From positions 2,131-66,130 of IMG/VR virus record IMGVR_UViG_3300025168_000077: a stretch of 64,000 nucleotides of DNA. One strand, 5' to 3'. Position numbers and translations under genes: made by a program. The DNA is from a virus. Taxonomy: Duplodnaviria; Caudoviricetes. This document shows, piece after piece, positions 39,625 through 48,759 of this stretch (positions are counted from its first letter, which is position 1; each line of letters opens with the position of its first letter). A model generated the notes under the pieces. It did not search any database, had not been told where the DNA came from, and worked only from the letters and a program-made list of their open reading frames with translations.

Positions 39625-40811
39625 TGGGTGACATCAATCAAATAAACGATGTCCCTGCGGCAAACCTATCGCAGGTCAATGATGTCCCATACGCGAACAT
39701 TAGCGAGGTAAACGACCAAGGCGTGGCCGCTTCGGGCGCTACTCAATGGGCCTTGACAGCCTACGATGGGTACTTTGCCTACGCAGCCAACAGTGATCTT
39801 ACATCGTGGACAGCATACGATGCATACGCCGAAGCCACGAATGCGCAAAACGCGGGTGACGGCGAGATTATTGCCTACGGTAAAAATGCTCAGGGCGCAG
39901 GCATTTACGTTGCAACAAGATCGAGCGATGACCAAGGCGGTAACTCTCTCAGAGAGCTTCACGCATCGACTACCGACATCACTGATGGCAACGAGTGGAC
40001 CAACATCAACCTTGATAGCGACGACGCTGGTAACAAAAGGCACATGCAGTGCTTGATGTGGGGCGCTCGCGCCAATGGAGCAACAGCAGGCACTTGGATG
40101 GCAGCCGGTAAGCAAAACACTGGAGCAGTTTTTCGGTCGATAGACGGCGCTGCTACTTGGTCGCTCATTGACATTTCGGGACTGGCCGGTCACTCAGACG
40201 GAAGCAACAGCTCCCACTACATCCAAGGGATAGCGTCGGATGGAGCCGGCAATTGGATGTTTACGCAGGGGCCAAGAATTTACTATTCGACCGATGATGG
40301 TGCGAGCTTTGCAGTCTCGACGCCATTCTCGACGAACGCACCGGGCAGAGCGCAAGGCATCACGTTCACGAACAACTCTTGGGTTGTAGTGTATTCTCGA
40401 TCTTCTGCAATCCGGTTCCGCAGTTGCGCCGCGTCTGACATTACCGATTGGGGCGACGAGGTAGACGGGATCAGCATGTCGAGCCCATCAAACAACAGCA
40501 CCAACGTGAAGATTGCATCAGCGAATGGCAACGTCGTTGCGTGCAGCGAAAACAACCTTCAGATCAACCGGTTCACGGTAGATGGAAAAACGATCGGTAC
40601 GGTATCAAAAACCACCCAAACCGGGCACGGTACCTGCGGAGGACTCGCAACAGATGGCACGACTTGGGTCATGGCGTGCGAGGATGGGGATTTGATAACC
40701 TCAACCGACAATGGCGCGAACTGGACCCAACGGCTGAACGCATTCCAAGCAAACGGCAGCAGCGCCATCGACCTCGCCGGTATTGCCGGAAACGTATTTT
40801 ACCCTCTCTAA
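39624..40811 (+). CDS. BNR/Asp-box beta-propeller receptor-binding protein
   Basis: Asp boxes SIDGAATW, STDDGASF, STDNGANW; coupled to the fibre gene. Confidence 0.7.
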   Translation: MGDINQINDVPAANLSQVNDVPYANISEVNDQGVAASGATQWALTAYDGYFAYAANSDLTSWTAYDAYAEATNAQNAGDGEIIAYGKNAQGAGIYVATRSSDDQGGNSLRELHASTTDITDGNEWTNINLDSDDAGNKRHMQCLMWGARANGATAGTWMAAGKQNTGAVFRSIDGAATWSLIDISGLAGHSDGSNSSHYIQGIASDGAGNWMFTQGPRIYYSTDDGASFAVSTPFSTNAPGRAQGITFTNNSWVVVYSRSSAIRFRSCAASDITDWGDEVDGISMSSPSNNSTNVKIASANGNVVACSENNLQINRFTVDGKTIGTVSKTTQTGHGTCGGLATDGTTWVMACEDGDLITSTDNGANWTQRLNAFQANGSSAIDLAGIAGNVFYPL

Positions 40812-40823
40812 GGAGAAATCAAG

Positions 40824-41201
40824 ATGGCACTTTCAGCCGCTCAGTTTGATGCTTCGGTCTTGAACTACAAGATTGTTAAGCAAACAGTCACTAACTCGAC
40901 GCCTAACATTGACGTGACTTCAGAGGCCGGAAGTCTTTACTCGATTAAAATGGCCAACCTTTCAAGCTCAAACGCCTACGTTAAGCTAACGATCTCCGAG
41001 TCGGCAGTTACGGTCGGTACTACCGTACCCGAAATGATGATTCGAGTTAACTCAAGTGAGACAAAGCAATGGGCGATACCCGAAGGCTTACCTTTTACTA
41101 AGCTGAGCTTCTGGTGTGTCACTGGTCCTACCGATGCGAACACTACCTCACCCACACTTAGCAACAGCGCAGGTGTGACTGTTACTCTTCTCACTTCATA
41201 G
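40824..41201 (+). CDS. Small beta-sandwich virion protein, paralog A
   Basis: AYVKL...P...GLPF..LSFW. Confidence 0.7.
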   Translation: MALSAAQFDASVLNYKIVKQTVTNSTPNIDVTSEAGSLYSIKMANLSSSNAYVKLTISESAVTVGTTVPEMMIRVNSSETKQWAIPEGLPFTKLSFWCVTGPTDANTTSPTLSNSAGVTVTLLTS

Positions 41202-41210
41202 GAGATCATC

Positions 41211-41579
41211 ATGGCTGTTACGATCGGAACTATCGCAGCTGCACTGGCCGACACTCTGGTGTCAGATAGCGCAGTCACTGACGCAAGTGGTACGCAAGCC
41301 AACTCAGGCGCAACTACTTGGTACTGCCTTCGTGCAGATGGTACATCCGCTACCTCAAACTCGTTCATTAAAGTGTGGGATGCCACTTCAGGGTCACCTG
41401 ATTCAAACAATCCCGACTACGTGTTCCCCGTACCTACAGGCACAAACATTGAGTACGTGTCGTCTGATGGGAACGCGCTCGCGGGAGGACTCCGTTACTG
41501 GGGTACATCAACCCGAGCTAACGGATCCACTCAAGCAGCTGTGTCGGGTACTCTGACCGCTAAGTTTCTTCTCTCGTAG
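41211..41579 (+). CDS. Small beta-sandwich virion protein, paralog B
   Basis: FIKVWD...PDYVF...GLRYW. Confidence 0.7.
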   Translation: MAVTIGTIAAALADTLVSDSAVTDASGTQANSGATTWYCLRADGTSATSNSFIKVWDATSGSPDSNNPDYVFPVPTGTNIEYVSSDGNALAGGLRYWGTSTRANGSTQAAVSGTLTAKFLLS

Positions 41580-41587
41580 GTGACAAC

Positions 41588-41785
41588 ATGAAAGCGTTTA
41601 TCGATTCTCTTTTTTGCTCTCAGAAACGCGTCTCTTGGCGTCGGCTTGCTGTTCTGGCTCTTGGTACTGCCCTTCTTACTGCTGACTTGCTTGCTTCAGA
41701 GCAATGGCTGTACTTAGCTTTGGCCTACATTGCTGGCGATAGCGCTGAAAAAGTTATGGCCGCCATTGGCCTGGCAAAGAAGTAA
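41588..41785 (+). CDS. Holin-like 2-TM protein
   Basis: SWRRLAV, two hydrophobic helices, AYIAG, basic tail. Confidence 0.6.
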   Translation: MKAFIDSLFCSQKRVSWRRLAVLALGTALLTADLLASEQWLYLALAYIAGDSAEKVMAAIGLAKK

Positions 41786-41788
41786 TGA

Positions 41789-42157
41789 ATGACGGTAGTG
41801 TCCACCAAGTTTAGGCACTCGGTACGGTTTAGAGTCGTAGTTGACGCTGCCGTTACCTCGTCTGCTTTGATTGAGAACGTCGACGACGGTTCTGGTCGGC
41901 TTTTTCTTGCGCGTGTTGACAACACAAAAGACGCAAGCAACGCTGTATATCTAAAGGTGTACGACGTGATTGGGCCTACTTTAACAACGACATACCCATG
42001 CCTTGTTCTAAAGGTCGATGCCGGTTTGAGTGAAACCTTTCACTTTCCATACGGACTTGAGTATGAGTCTCTTTCTTTTGGGTTGACCACCGACGCTAAC
42101 CCTGTATCCAACACGGCACCGCAAACGTCTACTGCCGTTTACTTGACCTGCGGTTGA
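41789..42157 (+). CDS. Small beta-sandwich virion protein, paralog C
   Basis: DNTK...VYLKVYD...P...GLEY.SLSF. Confidence 0.7.
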   Translation: MTVVSTKFRHSVRFRVVVDAAVTSSALIENVDDGSGRLFLARVDNTKDASNAVYLKVYDVIGPTLTTTYPCLVLKVDAGLSETFHFPYGLEYESLSFGLTTDANPVSNTAPQTSTAVYLTCG

Positions 42158-42164
42158 GGTAACT

Positions 42165-42533
42165 ATGGGTGTTTCCACACGAGCATCAGTAACTGAGATT
42201 GGCGGAATCCTTGTTTCAGCCGACAACCTGGACAGCGATGGCGCCGCCAACGTCACCGGAGAAAGCTCGGGCAGCATCTACGTAATCGACATCGACAACA
42301 CAAAGAACACAGCAGATGTCTACCTCAAAGTAAAAGACCACGCGACCAGCGTAGGCTCAGGGCAAACGCCTGATTGGATGTTCAAAGGCAAAGCGGGCGT
42401 CGTCAGCTCATATGTCTTCAACACAGGAATCGCGTACTCAGCCGGAGTAAGCATTTGGTGTACCCCGACAGCCGTCGTTGCTGACACAACCGACCCGACA
42501 CTGTCGGTTCGAGTTGACATGGTCGCATCGTGA
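42165..42533 (+). CDS. Small beta-sandwich virion protein, paralog D
   Basis: DNTK...VYLKVKD...PDWMF...GIAYSAGVSIW. Confidence 0.7.
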   Translation: MGVSTRASVTEIGGILVSADNLDSDGAANVTGESSGSIYVIDIDNTKNTADVYLKVKDHATSVGSGQTPDWMFKGKAGVVSSYVFNTGIAYSAGVSIWCTPTAVVADTTDPTLSVRVDMVAS

Positions 42534-42550
42534 TAGGATTAGGTAAGCTC

Positions 42551-42940
42551 ATGGAACCAGTAACTCTGACAACTCTCGCTGTTCTTGCCGCACTGGGCAC
42601 AGGCTTTGGTGCGGGTTGGGGATTGAAGCCTGACGCCAGCGTCAAAGCCCTTGAAGCTCAGACGGAAGCGATTGAAGCCATGAATAATGGCAACCAGGCA
42701 CTCGTCGATACGGTGCAAGAAGTTGCGGTGGAAGGAGCTAAACGAGAAACTGAGATTGCAGCTAAGCTCACTGACCTGCCCCCGCCGTGCATTAAAGAAG
42801 TGGGCGGTGACCCCATGTCGCTACAGTGCATGTGGGCTCTCTGCATCCGTACGGGTGAGACGGATCGGCAACGATGTGAGCCTGCTAAGTTGACGGACAA
42901 GTTGCTGGGTGCTTATAGTTGCCCTGAGCCACAACCATAG
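42551..42940 (+). CDS. Spanin-like membrane-anchored protein
   Basis: N-terminal TM, coiled coil, Cys/Pro-rich C-terminus; lies in the lysis region. Confidence 0.4.
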   Translation: MEPVTLTTLAVLAALGTGFGAGWGLKPDASVKALEAQTEAIEAMNNGNQALVDTVQEVAVEGAKRETEIAAKLTDLPPPCIKEVGGDPMSLQCMWALCIRTGETDRQRCEPAKLTDKLLGAYSCPEPQP

Positions 42941-42949
42941 GGGTGATTC

Positions 42950-43258
42950 ATGGACATCAAAGAGTTTGCTCTTCCCATTGCCACTCTGGTGTTTGCCTCG
43001 GGTATTTCGTTTGCTTCTCTTGAATCTTCTGCGCAAGACGTAGAAGACATGGATGTACGACTGACTGTGCTTGAATCCAAGAAAGCCGTCACCAACACTC
43101 GGCAAGAGGTGGTTGATGTCAAGATTGAAGGTGTGGAGCAGCGTCTTGATAAGATGGAAGACATTGTTCAAAAGATGCTGGAAAACCAACAGAAGCAGGC
43201 GGTTAATATCGCTCAAATCTGCCAAGCAACCAACGCCAACTGTAGTAGTGGTAACTGA
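42950..43258 (+). CDS. Single-TM coiled-coil lysis-region protein
   Basis: Hydrophobic N-terminus plus heptads. Confidence 0.55.
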   Translation: MDIKEFALPIATLVFASGISFASLESSAQDVEDMDVRLTVLESKKAVTNTRQEVVDVKIEGVEQRLDKMEDIVQKMLENQQKQAVNIAQICQATNANCSSGN

Positions 43259-43259
43259 A

Positions 43260-43835
43260 ATGCGTCCATTGATTTTGGACTACATCGAATCTCTGGGTCA
43301 CACCGTCTTTGAGTCGGGTGAGTACAACCTCAACATCATTGGGATCCGAAGTCGGAGCCACAAGCCAAACAGCTTTGACGATCGAATCTGCGTAGTGTTT
43401 AAGGACGAGCAAGGCTGGGTGACGCGCACCTGGGAGTGCACGACTGAGCCCGGTAAGTATTGGTTGGAGAACCCCACTAACGTAAAAGGTACAGCCATTT
43501 TGGTACCTGGTCAGTACCGATCTGTGTGGAAGATCGACAAGCACCAAGGAAAGTATGACGCGCTCTGCCAAAGGAACGGTAACGTCAAGACTTACCGTGA
43601 TAGCAATAAAGACGATGTTGTTGACCTTGATGTACAGTCTATTACTGAAGGCATGTATGGAATCAATATCCACAAGGCTGGGTCGGACTCGACGCAAGTA
43701 GACCGCTGGTCCGCAGGGTGTCAGGTATTCAGCCGCAGCGCCGACTTCGCAGAGTTCATGTCGATTTGCTACGCGGCTAAAAACAAGTGGGGAAACTCAT
43801 TTAGCTACACCTTGATTGACGAACCGGAGTTCTAA
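43260..43835 (+). CDS. Putative endolysin with L,D-transpeptidase(YkuD)-like catalytic motif
   Basis: NIIGIR...FDD...TTEPG...GINIHKAG...WSAGCQV; flanked by membrane genes. Confidence 0.65.
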   Translation: MRPLILDYIESLGHTVFESGEYNLNIIGIRSRSHKPNSFDDRICVVFKDEQGWVTRTWECTTEPGKYWLENPTNVKGTAILVPGQYRSVWKIDKHQGKYDALCQRNGNVKTYRDSNKDDVVDLDVQSITEGMYGINIHKAGSDSTQVDRWSAGCQVFSRSADFAEFMSICYAAKNKWGNSFSYTLIDEPEF

Positions 43836-44140
43836 TGGAAGCGTTGGTCGATTCACTGTTAGCGGACGGCCACCTCGGAGTTTTTGCCGCGTTTCTTATG
43901 TTTCAGTTCTTCACCATGCAGAAACGACTGGACAAACTTGTAGAGGGGTTCCAAGAGCAACTCGATCAGCTCCGCAAAGAATACGGAGATCGATCTGAGA
44001 AGATGCGTGAACGGTACGACAAAGTAATCGATGAATACCGCGACACAGCAGACAGCCAGTCTAAAGACTTTCTCATTACGCGCACCAAAGTGCACAATGA
44101 CATTGTCTCTAAGCTTGATCGGATCTTAGAAAGGAAGTAG
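43835..44140 (+). CDS. Holin-like (BhlA/UviB-like) protein
   Basis: GHLGVFAAFLMF TM then charged helix; coupled to the endolysin. Confidence 0.5.
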   Translation: MEALVDSLLADGHLGVFAAFLMFQFFTMQKRLDKLVEGFQEQLDQLRKEYGDRSEKMRERYDKVIDEYRDTADSQSKDFLITRTKVHNDIVSKLDRILERK

Positions 44141-44143
44141 CCG

Positions 44144-44464
44144 TTAAGCCACTTCTTCTTTTTTTGGTCGTTTTGCCCACCGACCAGGACCCACTCGTGC
44201 AGCTTGCCGCGCTCTTTCTGCCATGTCTACCAGTCGCACCAGCCAGTCAGCGTAGTCTTTGGGCTCATGCGCACCTTGCACAGGCGCCTGCGAAAACGCT
44301 TCCGCTACTCCCTTTACGTGACGGATAGTCGGCAACCTTTTACCTGACTCAATGCGACTGACTTCAGGCTGAGACAAACCCGATCGACGGGCCATCTCTG
44401 AGATAGACCAGTTACGTGAAGTCCGGTGTTGAAATAGAAAACGAATGAATGCACTGTCTGACAT
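44144..44464 (-). CDS. XRE-family HTH transcriptional regulator
   Basis: WSISEMARRSGLSQPEVSRIESGKRLPT. Confidence 0.9.
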   Translation of the reverse strand: MSDSAFIRFLFQHRTSRNWSISEMARRSGLSQPEVSRIESGKRLPTIRHVKGVAEAFSQAPVQGAHEPKDYADWLVRLVDMAERARQAARVGPGRWAKRPKKEEVA

Positions 44465-44483
44465 GGTTGCTCCTTAGACCACA

Positions 44484-44549
44484 ACGGTAGCCTATCTTTC
44501 GACATTGTGCAAGTATATACTTGACGCAGTGGTAGACCTCCTATAGTCT
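44484..44549. promoter_or_regulatory. Back-to-back sigma70-like promoters around a 14-bp palindrome
   Basis: Minus TTGCAC-17-TACCGT; plus TTGACG-17-TAGTCT; CAAGTATATACTTG at 44510-44523. Confidence 0.7.
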
Positions 44550-44572
44550 ATGGGCCAGGAGAAAACGACACC

Positions 44573-46513
44573 ATGAGAATCCAGCCTCATTACAAGTTTA
44601 CAGTGAGCACGAATAGCGACCTTGGTTTGGCCACGTCGTTGTTGTCAATCGAAATGACGATACCTGGTACTCTCGTTTACGGGCGGACTGAAAGTAACCG
44701 CCGTGTTCGTCTTTCCAAACTAATCGAGCAGGGTAACGCGGAGGTTTCTGAATGTGTGGTCATGTCCCCTATTCATGGAGCGTGGCTTACAGAGCGCGCA
44801 ATACTCTCTTTAGGTGCAAGCTACGAGTTCTCGCCGCATTACACCGACGGCTATGATCTGACTGGATGGTCGGACGAAGAGGAGTCTCGAACTCGCCTAC
44901 ACGAGATGGGCAAGCTGGCGGCAATGTACAGCGTGTCCAGCGGCGAACTCAAGAGCCATGTGATTGAGATGGCGACTCCCTACCAGTTTATGAATGTCGC
45001 ATGGTGCGGCTCTCGGCCCGCATCGATGAATGTTTGGGCCTGTGGTAGCGGCAAAACGCTGGGTGCAATCATGTCAGCACTGGCTAAATCAGGGCCAGTT
45101 CTTGTCGTAGCTCCGGCCAAGGCTCGTCACGTATGGTGGTCTCAGGTGCAAGAGTACACCAACATCATGCCGTTTCGCATCCGACCGGCGTCAGGGCGCC
45201 GGAAGAAGGGCGGTACACTGGATGAGTACTTGCTCAAGTGCCGCCTTGAAAACACCCGACCCTTTGTCATTATCGGGGCAGAGTCACTGGCAGACAACAT
45301 GAACGCGGCGCGGAGCGTAGAGCCGACGACGCTGATCCTTGACGAGATACACACTCACGGCAGTCGTAAAAGATGGACCGCTATCCAAGAAGCTGACGGC
45401 AGTGTCTCTTTTGAAAGGAAGCGTACAGCTGCGAGCAGCCGGGTCAACTCTAAAGTCAGCCGGGAAACCCGCGCTGTTGCTGTGATGGACATCAGTAGAC
45501 TTCCGTCTTTGCAGAGACGCATCGGGCTTACGGCGACGCCCTTGGACGATGGCAGGCCACGCAGACTTTGGAGTCAGCTTGACCTTCTCTCTCCTGGGGG
45601 CTTTAGCCATAGCTATTCGCGCTTTGCTTTGCGTTATTGTGATGCCCGCCCTGGGCAATACGGTGGCCTTGACGACTCTGGTAGCAGTCGCATTGATGAA
45701 CTAAAAGCTCGCTGTTCTTTTCTCGTACACGAAGTGCCTTACTCTGAGAGCCATGCGGCCTTGCCAGATACACGGGTGCAGGTCGTTTACTTGAGCAACT
45801 CTCAGCTCAACAGGGCAGAGCGTTGGAGTGATGACCAAACGTTTGGTCAAGCAATCAAGGGCATAGCAAAGCAAGTAAAGTCAGAAGGAGCGTCTGCAAA
45901 AGAGCGCGTTGTGGAAGCGCGACTGGCGGAAGCATGCTCAAAAAAGAGGCGCTACGTCACAGACGAAGTTCTCGAAGGTTTGAAGGGAGGAGGTAAGGTT
46001 GTTGTGTTCACAGCAAGGCGTCGGGAGACCGAGCTTTGGGCACACGCCGTCCGTCGTGAGGTCACCCGTGGAGATGAGGCGCAAGGGAAGGTGCCTGTCT
46101 GGGTGGCCCACGGCGGCATTCCTGAATCAGAAAGGGACGCCATGGTGGATTCTTTTAGAGAGTCGACTGGTCCATGCTGCTTGATCGCGACAGGTCAAAG
46201 TGTCGGCACCGGTGTCGATGGTATGCAGACCGCAGACCTTGCCATCTTTGCGATGCTTCCGTGGAAGCCGGGTGACTTTGTTCAGTGGAAGGGTCGCTTC
46301 GACCGTCTCGGAGGTAGCCCTACTCTTCTCAAGGTGATCGTTGCCGAGGGTACGTATGACACTCGTGTGGTTGACATCTTGGTCGACAAGTTCGGTCCCA
46401 TTGAATCTTTTCTGAAAGCCGACGAGCTTGACGGCCTGGGAGAGAAGCTTCGGGGAACGGAAGACAAAGGGTCCATCTTGGACTCAATCATTACAAAACT
46501 GGGAGACAACTAA
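44573..46513 (+). CDS. SNF2-family helicase/ATPase
   Basis: GSGKT, ILDEIH, LTATP, LWSQL, GTGVDG, QWKGRFDR. Confidence 0.9.
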   Translation: MRIQPHYKFTVSTNSDLGLATSLLSIEMTIPGTLVYGRTESNRRVRLSKLIEQGNAEVSECVVMSPIHGAWLTERAILSLGASYEFSPHYTDGYDLTGWSDEEESRTRLHEMGKLAAMYSVSSGELKSHVIEMATPYQFMNVAWCGSRPASMNVWACGSGKTLGAIMSALAKSGPVLVVAPAKARHVWWSQVQEYTNIMPFRIRPASGRRKKGGTLDEYLLKCRLENTRPFVIIGAESLADNMNAARSVEPTTLILDEIHTHGSRKRWTAIQEADGSVSFERKRTAASSRVNSKVSRETRAVAVMDISRLPSLQRRIGLTATPLDDGRPRRLWSQLDLLSPGGFSHSYSRFALRYCDARPGQYGGLDDSGSSRIDELKARCSFLVHEVPYSESHAALPDTRVQVVYLSNSQLNRAERWSDDQTFGQAIKGIAKQVKSEGASAKERVVEARLAEACSKKRRYVTDEVLEGLKGGGKVVVFTARRRETELWAHAVRREVTRGDEAQGKVPVWVAHGGIPESERDAMVDSFRESTGPCCLIATGQSVGTGVDGMQTADLAIFAMLPWKPGDFVQWKGRFDRLGGSPTLLKVIVAEGTYDTRVVDILVDKFGPIESFLKADELDGLGEKLRGTEDKGSILDSIITKLGDN

Positions 46514-46683
46514 TGGACTTGACGGATGAACGATTCCACCGCCGCAAGGTGCCGTGGGCTTCTCTTGTTAAAGAGGGCATTGAACCTCAATCGGTTGTGA
46601 TTGAAGCACAACGACAAGGTTTGTGGAAGCTGGCTGAGAGTGCGGCTACTCGTATTCGCAACTGCAAGAATGGGTCTGCTTGA
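46513..46683 (+). CDS. 56-aa hypothetical protein (MDLTDERFHRRK...), absent from the track
   Basis: Fills the gap exactly, with TAATG and TGATG coupling. Confidence 0.7.
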   Translation: MDLTDERFHRRKVPWASLVKEGIEPQSVVIEAQRQGLWKLAESAATRIRNCKNGSA

Positions 46684-47666
46684 TGGATGGCATCTTGATT
46701 GACGCAGGTCGCTCCTCTCGTGGGTGGTCTCGGATTGGGACCTTCTTTCGTTGCCCTCAGCTCTTCGCTTATGGGGAACGCTTGAACTTAGAGATGATTC
46801 CTGCCGACGCACTTACGCGTGGGAGTATGGGGCATGTCATGCAGGCTCACCTGCACGCTATCTACGGCGCCAAGCAGGGGGGCTGCTGGGTAGACGACAA
46901 GTGGATCGATGACCCTGACATGCTCATGAAGCCCGAAGACGCGTTGTATGCGTACTGCGAGGCGAATGGGGGGCATGACTTTATTGATCGAATGCTTGAG
47001 ACATTCAGACGCTACCTCTACCAGTTCCCTGAATCACCGGGCCGCATCTTGTCGGTTGAGCATCAAGTAACTGCGGTGCTGGGTGAGAAGAACGGAGAGT
47101 GGGGGATGTGGGTAGTTCACCCGAAGGACCAAGACTTCCCACGAGACGCTGCAAAGATTCGAGCCTGTGATGAAGGCATCATCAAGCCGTCACCCCTCAA
47201 TGTACCTGGTCACCCCGATCACGGTAAGGCGGTGTCCCTTACTCGCAGAATGGACATGTCAACAAGGGACAGGTCCGGTAGGTCGTATGTCTGGGATCAC
47301 AAGCATCAGGCGAGGGTACAACCAGGCCGAAGCGTGGACGCTTACGCAATCGACGGAGGGTTTGCAGCTTTCCGCATCATGGGTCGTCAGTTGTACGGAG
47401 CAGACTTCGGAGGCGTGTCGTTGAACTTGATCCAAACGACTGCCCCTTGGCGAGTTGCTCGCCCCATGGTACCGACTACTCCTCATCGTGATCGACACTT
47501 TGCAGAGATGCTCTGGCGAGCGGAGCACCAACTCGCACGGCTCGATGTGGATACGCCCGACCACTGGTCCTGGCCAAAGGTTCAGCACGAAACGGCTTGT
47601 GTTGGCCGGTACGGATCGTGTGCTGGGATCAAGCTTTGCTTCTACGGAGAAGCTGGTAAGTACTGA
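46683..47666 (+). CDS. Cas4-like PD-(D/E)XK exonuclease
   Basis: CPQLF..., RGSMGH, SVE, RMD, WDHK and three C-terminal Cys (Fe-S staple pattern). Confidence 0.75.
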   Translation: MDGILIDAGRSSRGWSRIGTFFRCPQLFAYGERLNLEMIPADALTRGSMGHVMQAHLHAIYGAKQGGCWVDDKWIDDPDMLMKPEDALYAYCEANGGHDFIDRMLETFRRYLYQFPESPGRILSVEHQVTAVLGEKNGEWGMWVVHPKDQDFPRDAAKIRACDEGIIKPSPLNVPGHPDHGKAVSLTRRMDMSTRDRSGRSYVWDHKHQARVQPGRSVDAYAIDGGFAAFRIMGRQLYGADFGGVSLNLIQTTAPWRVARPMVPTTPHRDRHFAEMLWRAEHQLARLDVDTPDHWSWPKVQHETACVGRYGSCAGIKLCFYGEAGKY

Positions 47667-47719
47667 GCCACTTTGTTATTTTGATTTCTGACTGTTCGAG
47701 AACCCACTACGGAGAAACC

Positions 47720-48703
47720 ATGACCCAAGAAGATGGGCTGCCTACTGTTATGATTACAGTGTATGGCCAGCCAAAGAAACGAAAGACAAGCGACATGCTG
47801 GCAGCGTTCCCCAACGCACTGTTCATTGGGGTGCCATCTGCACTTTCTTTAGTCGCTCAAAACGAACTCGGCTTTTCGCCGTCTGTCTACCCAGACCCGC
47901 CTCAGGGGTTACCAGAGTTGGTGGCTTTGCTCACTCAGCTGAGCGAACAAGACCTGGCGTCTCAGTGTGGGGCCGTTGTCATTGATGACGCAAGCCACTT
48001 GTGCAAGCTATCAATGCTGCGGTGGGAAGAAGAAGCGCCGACGGGTCGATCAGGAAAGAAGGATCGCTTTTACCAGTACCAACAACTGGACCGCCACCTT
48101 CTTCAACTTGCAGGATTAGCGAGACACTTAGGTGTACACATGGCCATGAACTTCCACGAACGGATGCCTGGCTCGAATGCGGACGGTCACTTCTGCCCTG
48201 GCGGACCCGACGTTCCATCTCGTAACCAGGTGAAGACACTTCCCTCCTGGTGTGACATCAACGTGCGCGCAATGATTGATCCTTCGTACCCTGATCCGTG
48301 GTTTGCGGGCTCATACTACTGCGACCCCACCGACCCTGAGTGGATCACTGGAGATCGCACTGGGGTTTGCAAGAGCAAGACTCCCGGTAACCTTCGTGAG
48401 ATCCTTCGGGCGAGCAAGTCAAACTACCATCTTGGTAGAGTTCAGGGGCTTGAGTGGCAGGACGAAGTTGCCGACTCTGTTGCGTCGGCCTTAACGCAGG
48501 ACGTACCTGTGAAAGAGGCCATCGAACAAGCCGTTTCGGGTAGAAAAAATGAACCTCTTCACTTGCGTTGGGCTTGCCAAGACGGTATTGCAAGGGGTAT
48601 ACTCGCTAAGCAGCAATCTCGAAGCCTCTTTGACTTCGACCCGGAGCCTGAAGAACCCACCACAAACGGTGTGTCTTTGCCGCCTCCACCACCATCTTCC
48701 TGA
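47720..48703 (+). CDS. Sak4-like AAA ATPase/recombinase
   Basis: ITVYGQPKKRKTS, VVIDDAS, FHER; sits between exonuclease and SSB. Confidence 0.7.
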   Translation: MTQEDGLPTVMITVYGQPKKRKTSDMLAAFPNALFIGVPSALSLVAQNELGFSPSVYPDPPQGLPELVALLTQLSEQDLASQCGAVVIDDASHLCKLSMLRWEEEAPTGRSGKKDRFYQYQQLDRHLLQLAGLARHLGVHMAMNFHERMPGSNADGHFCPGGPDVPSRNQVKTLPSWCDINVRAMIDPSYPDPWFAGSYYCDPTDPEWITGDRTGVCKSKTPGNLREILRASKSNYHLGRVQGLEWQDEVADSVASALTQDVPVKEAIEQAVSGRKNEPLHLRWACQDGIARGILAKQQSRSLFDFDPEPEEPTTNGVSLPPPPPSS

Positions 48704-48759
48704 CGGTTTCCGTCTGGACCTCGGGCCTGACGCCCACCACTACAACAATGGAGCCAACA

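Noticed and set aside
36802-40811. Diversity-generating retroelement or invertase acting on the fibre
   Set aside because: No reverse transcriptase or recombinase was recognised, and the repeat differences are not adenine-specific.
43071-43259. N-terminal extension of the endolysin
   Set aside because: It overlaps the upstream gene; ATG 43260 directly follows that gene's stop.
46683-47666. Cas4-like gene as a sign of a CRISPR-Cas system
   Set aside because: I saw no repeat-spacer array or other cas genes; it sits in an ordinary exonuclease-Sak4-SSB recombination module.
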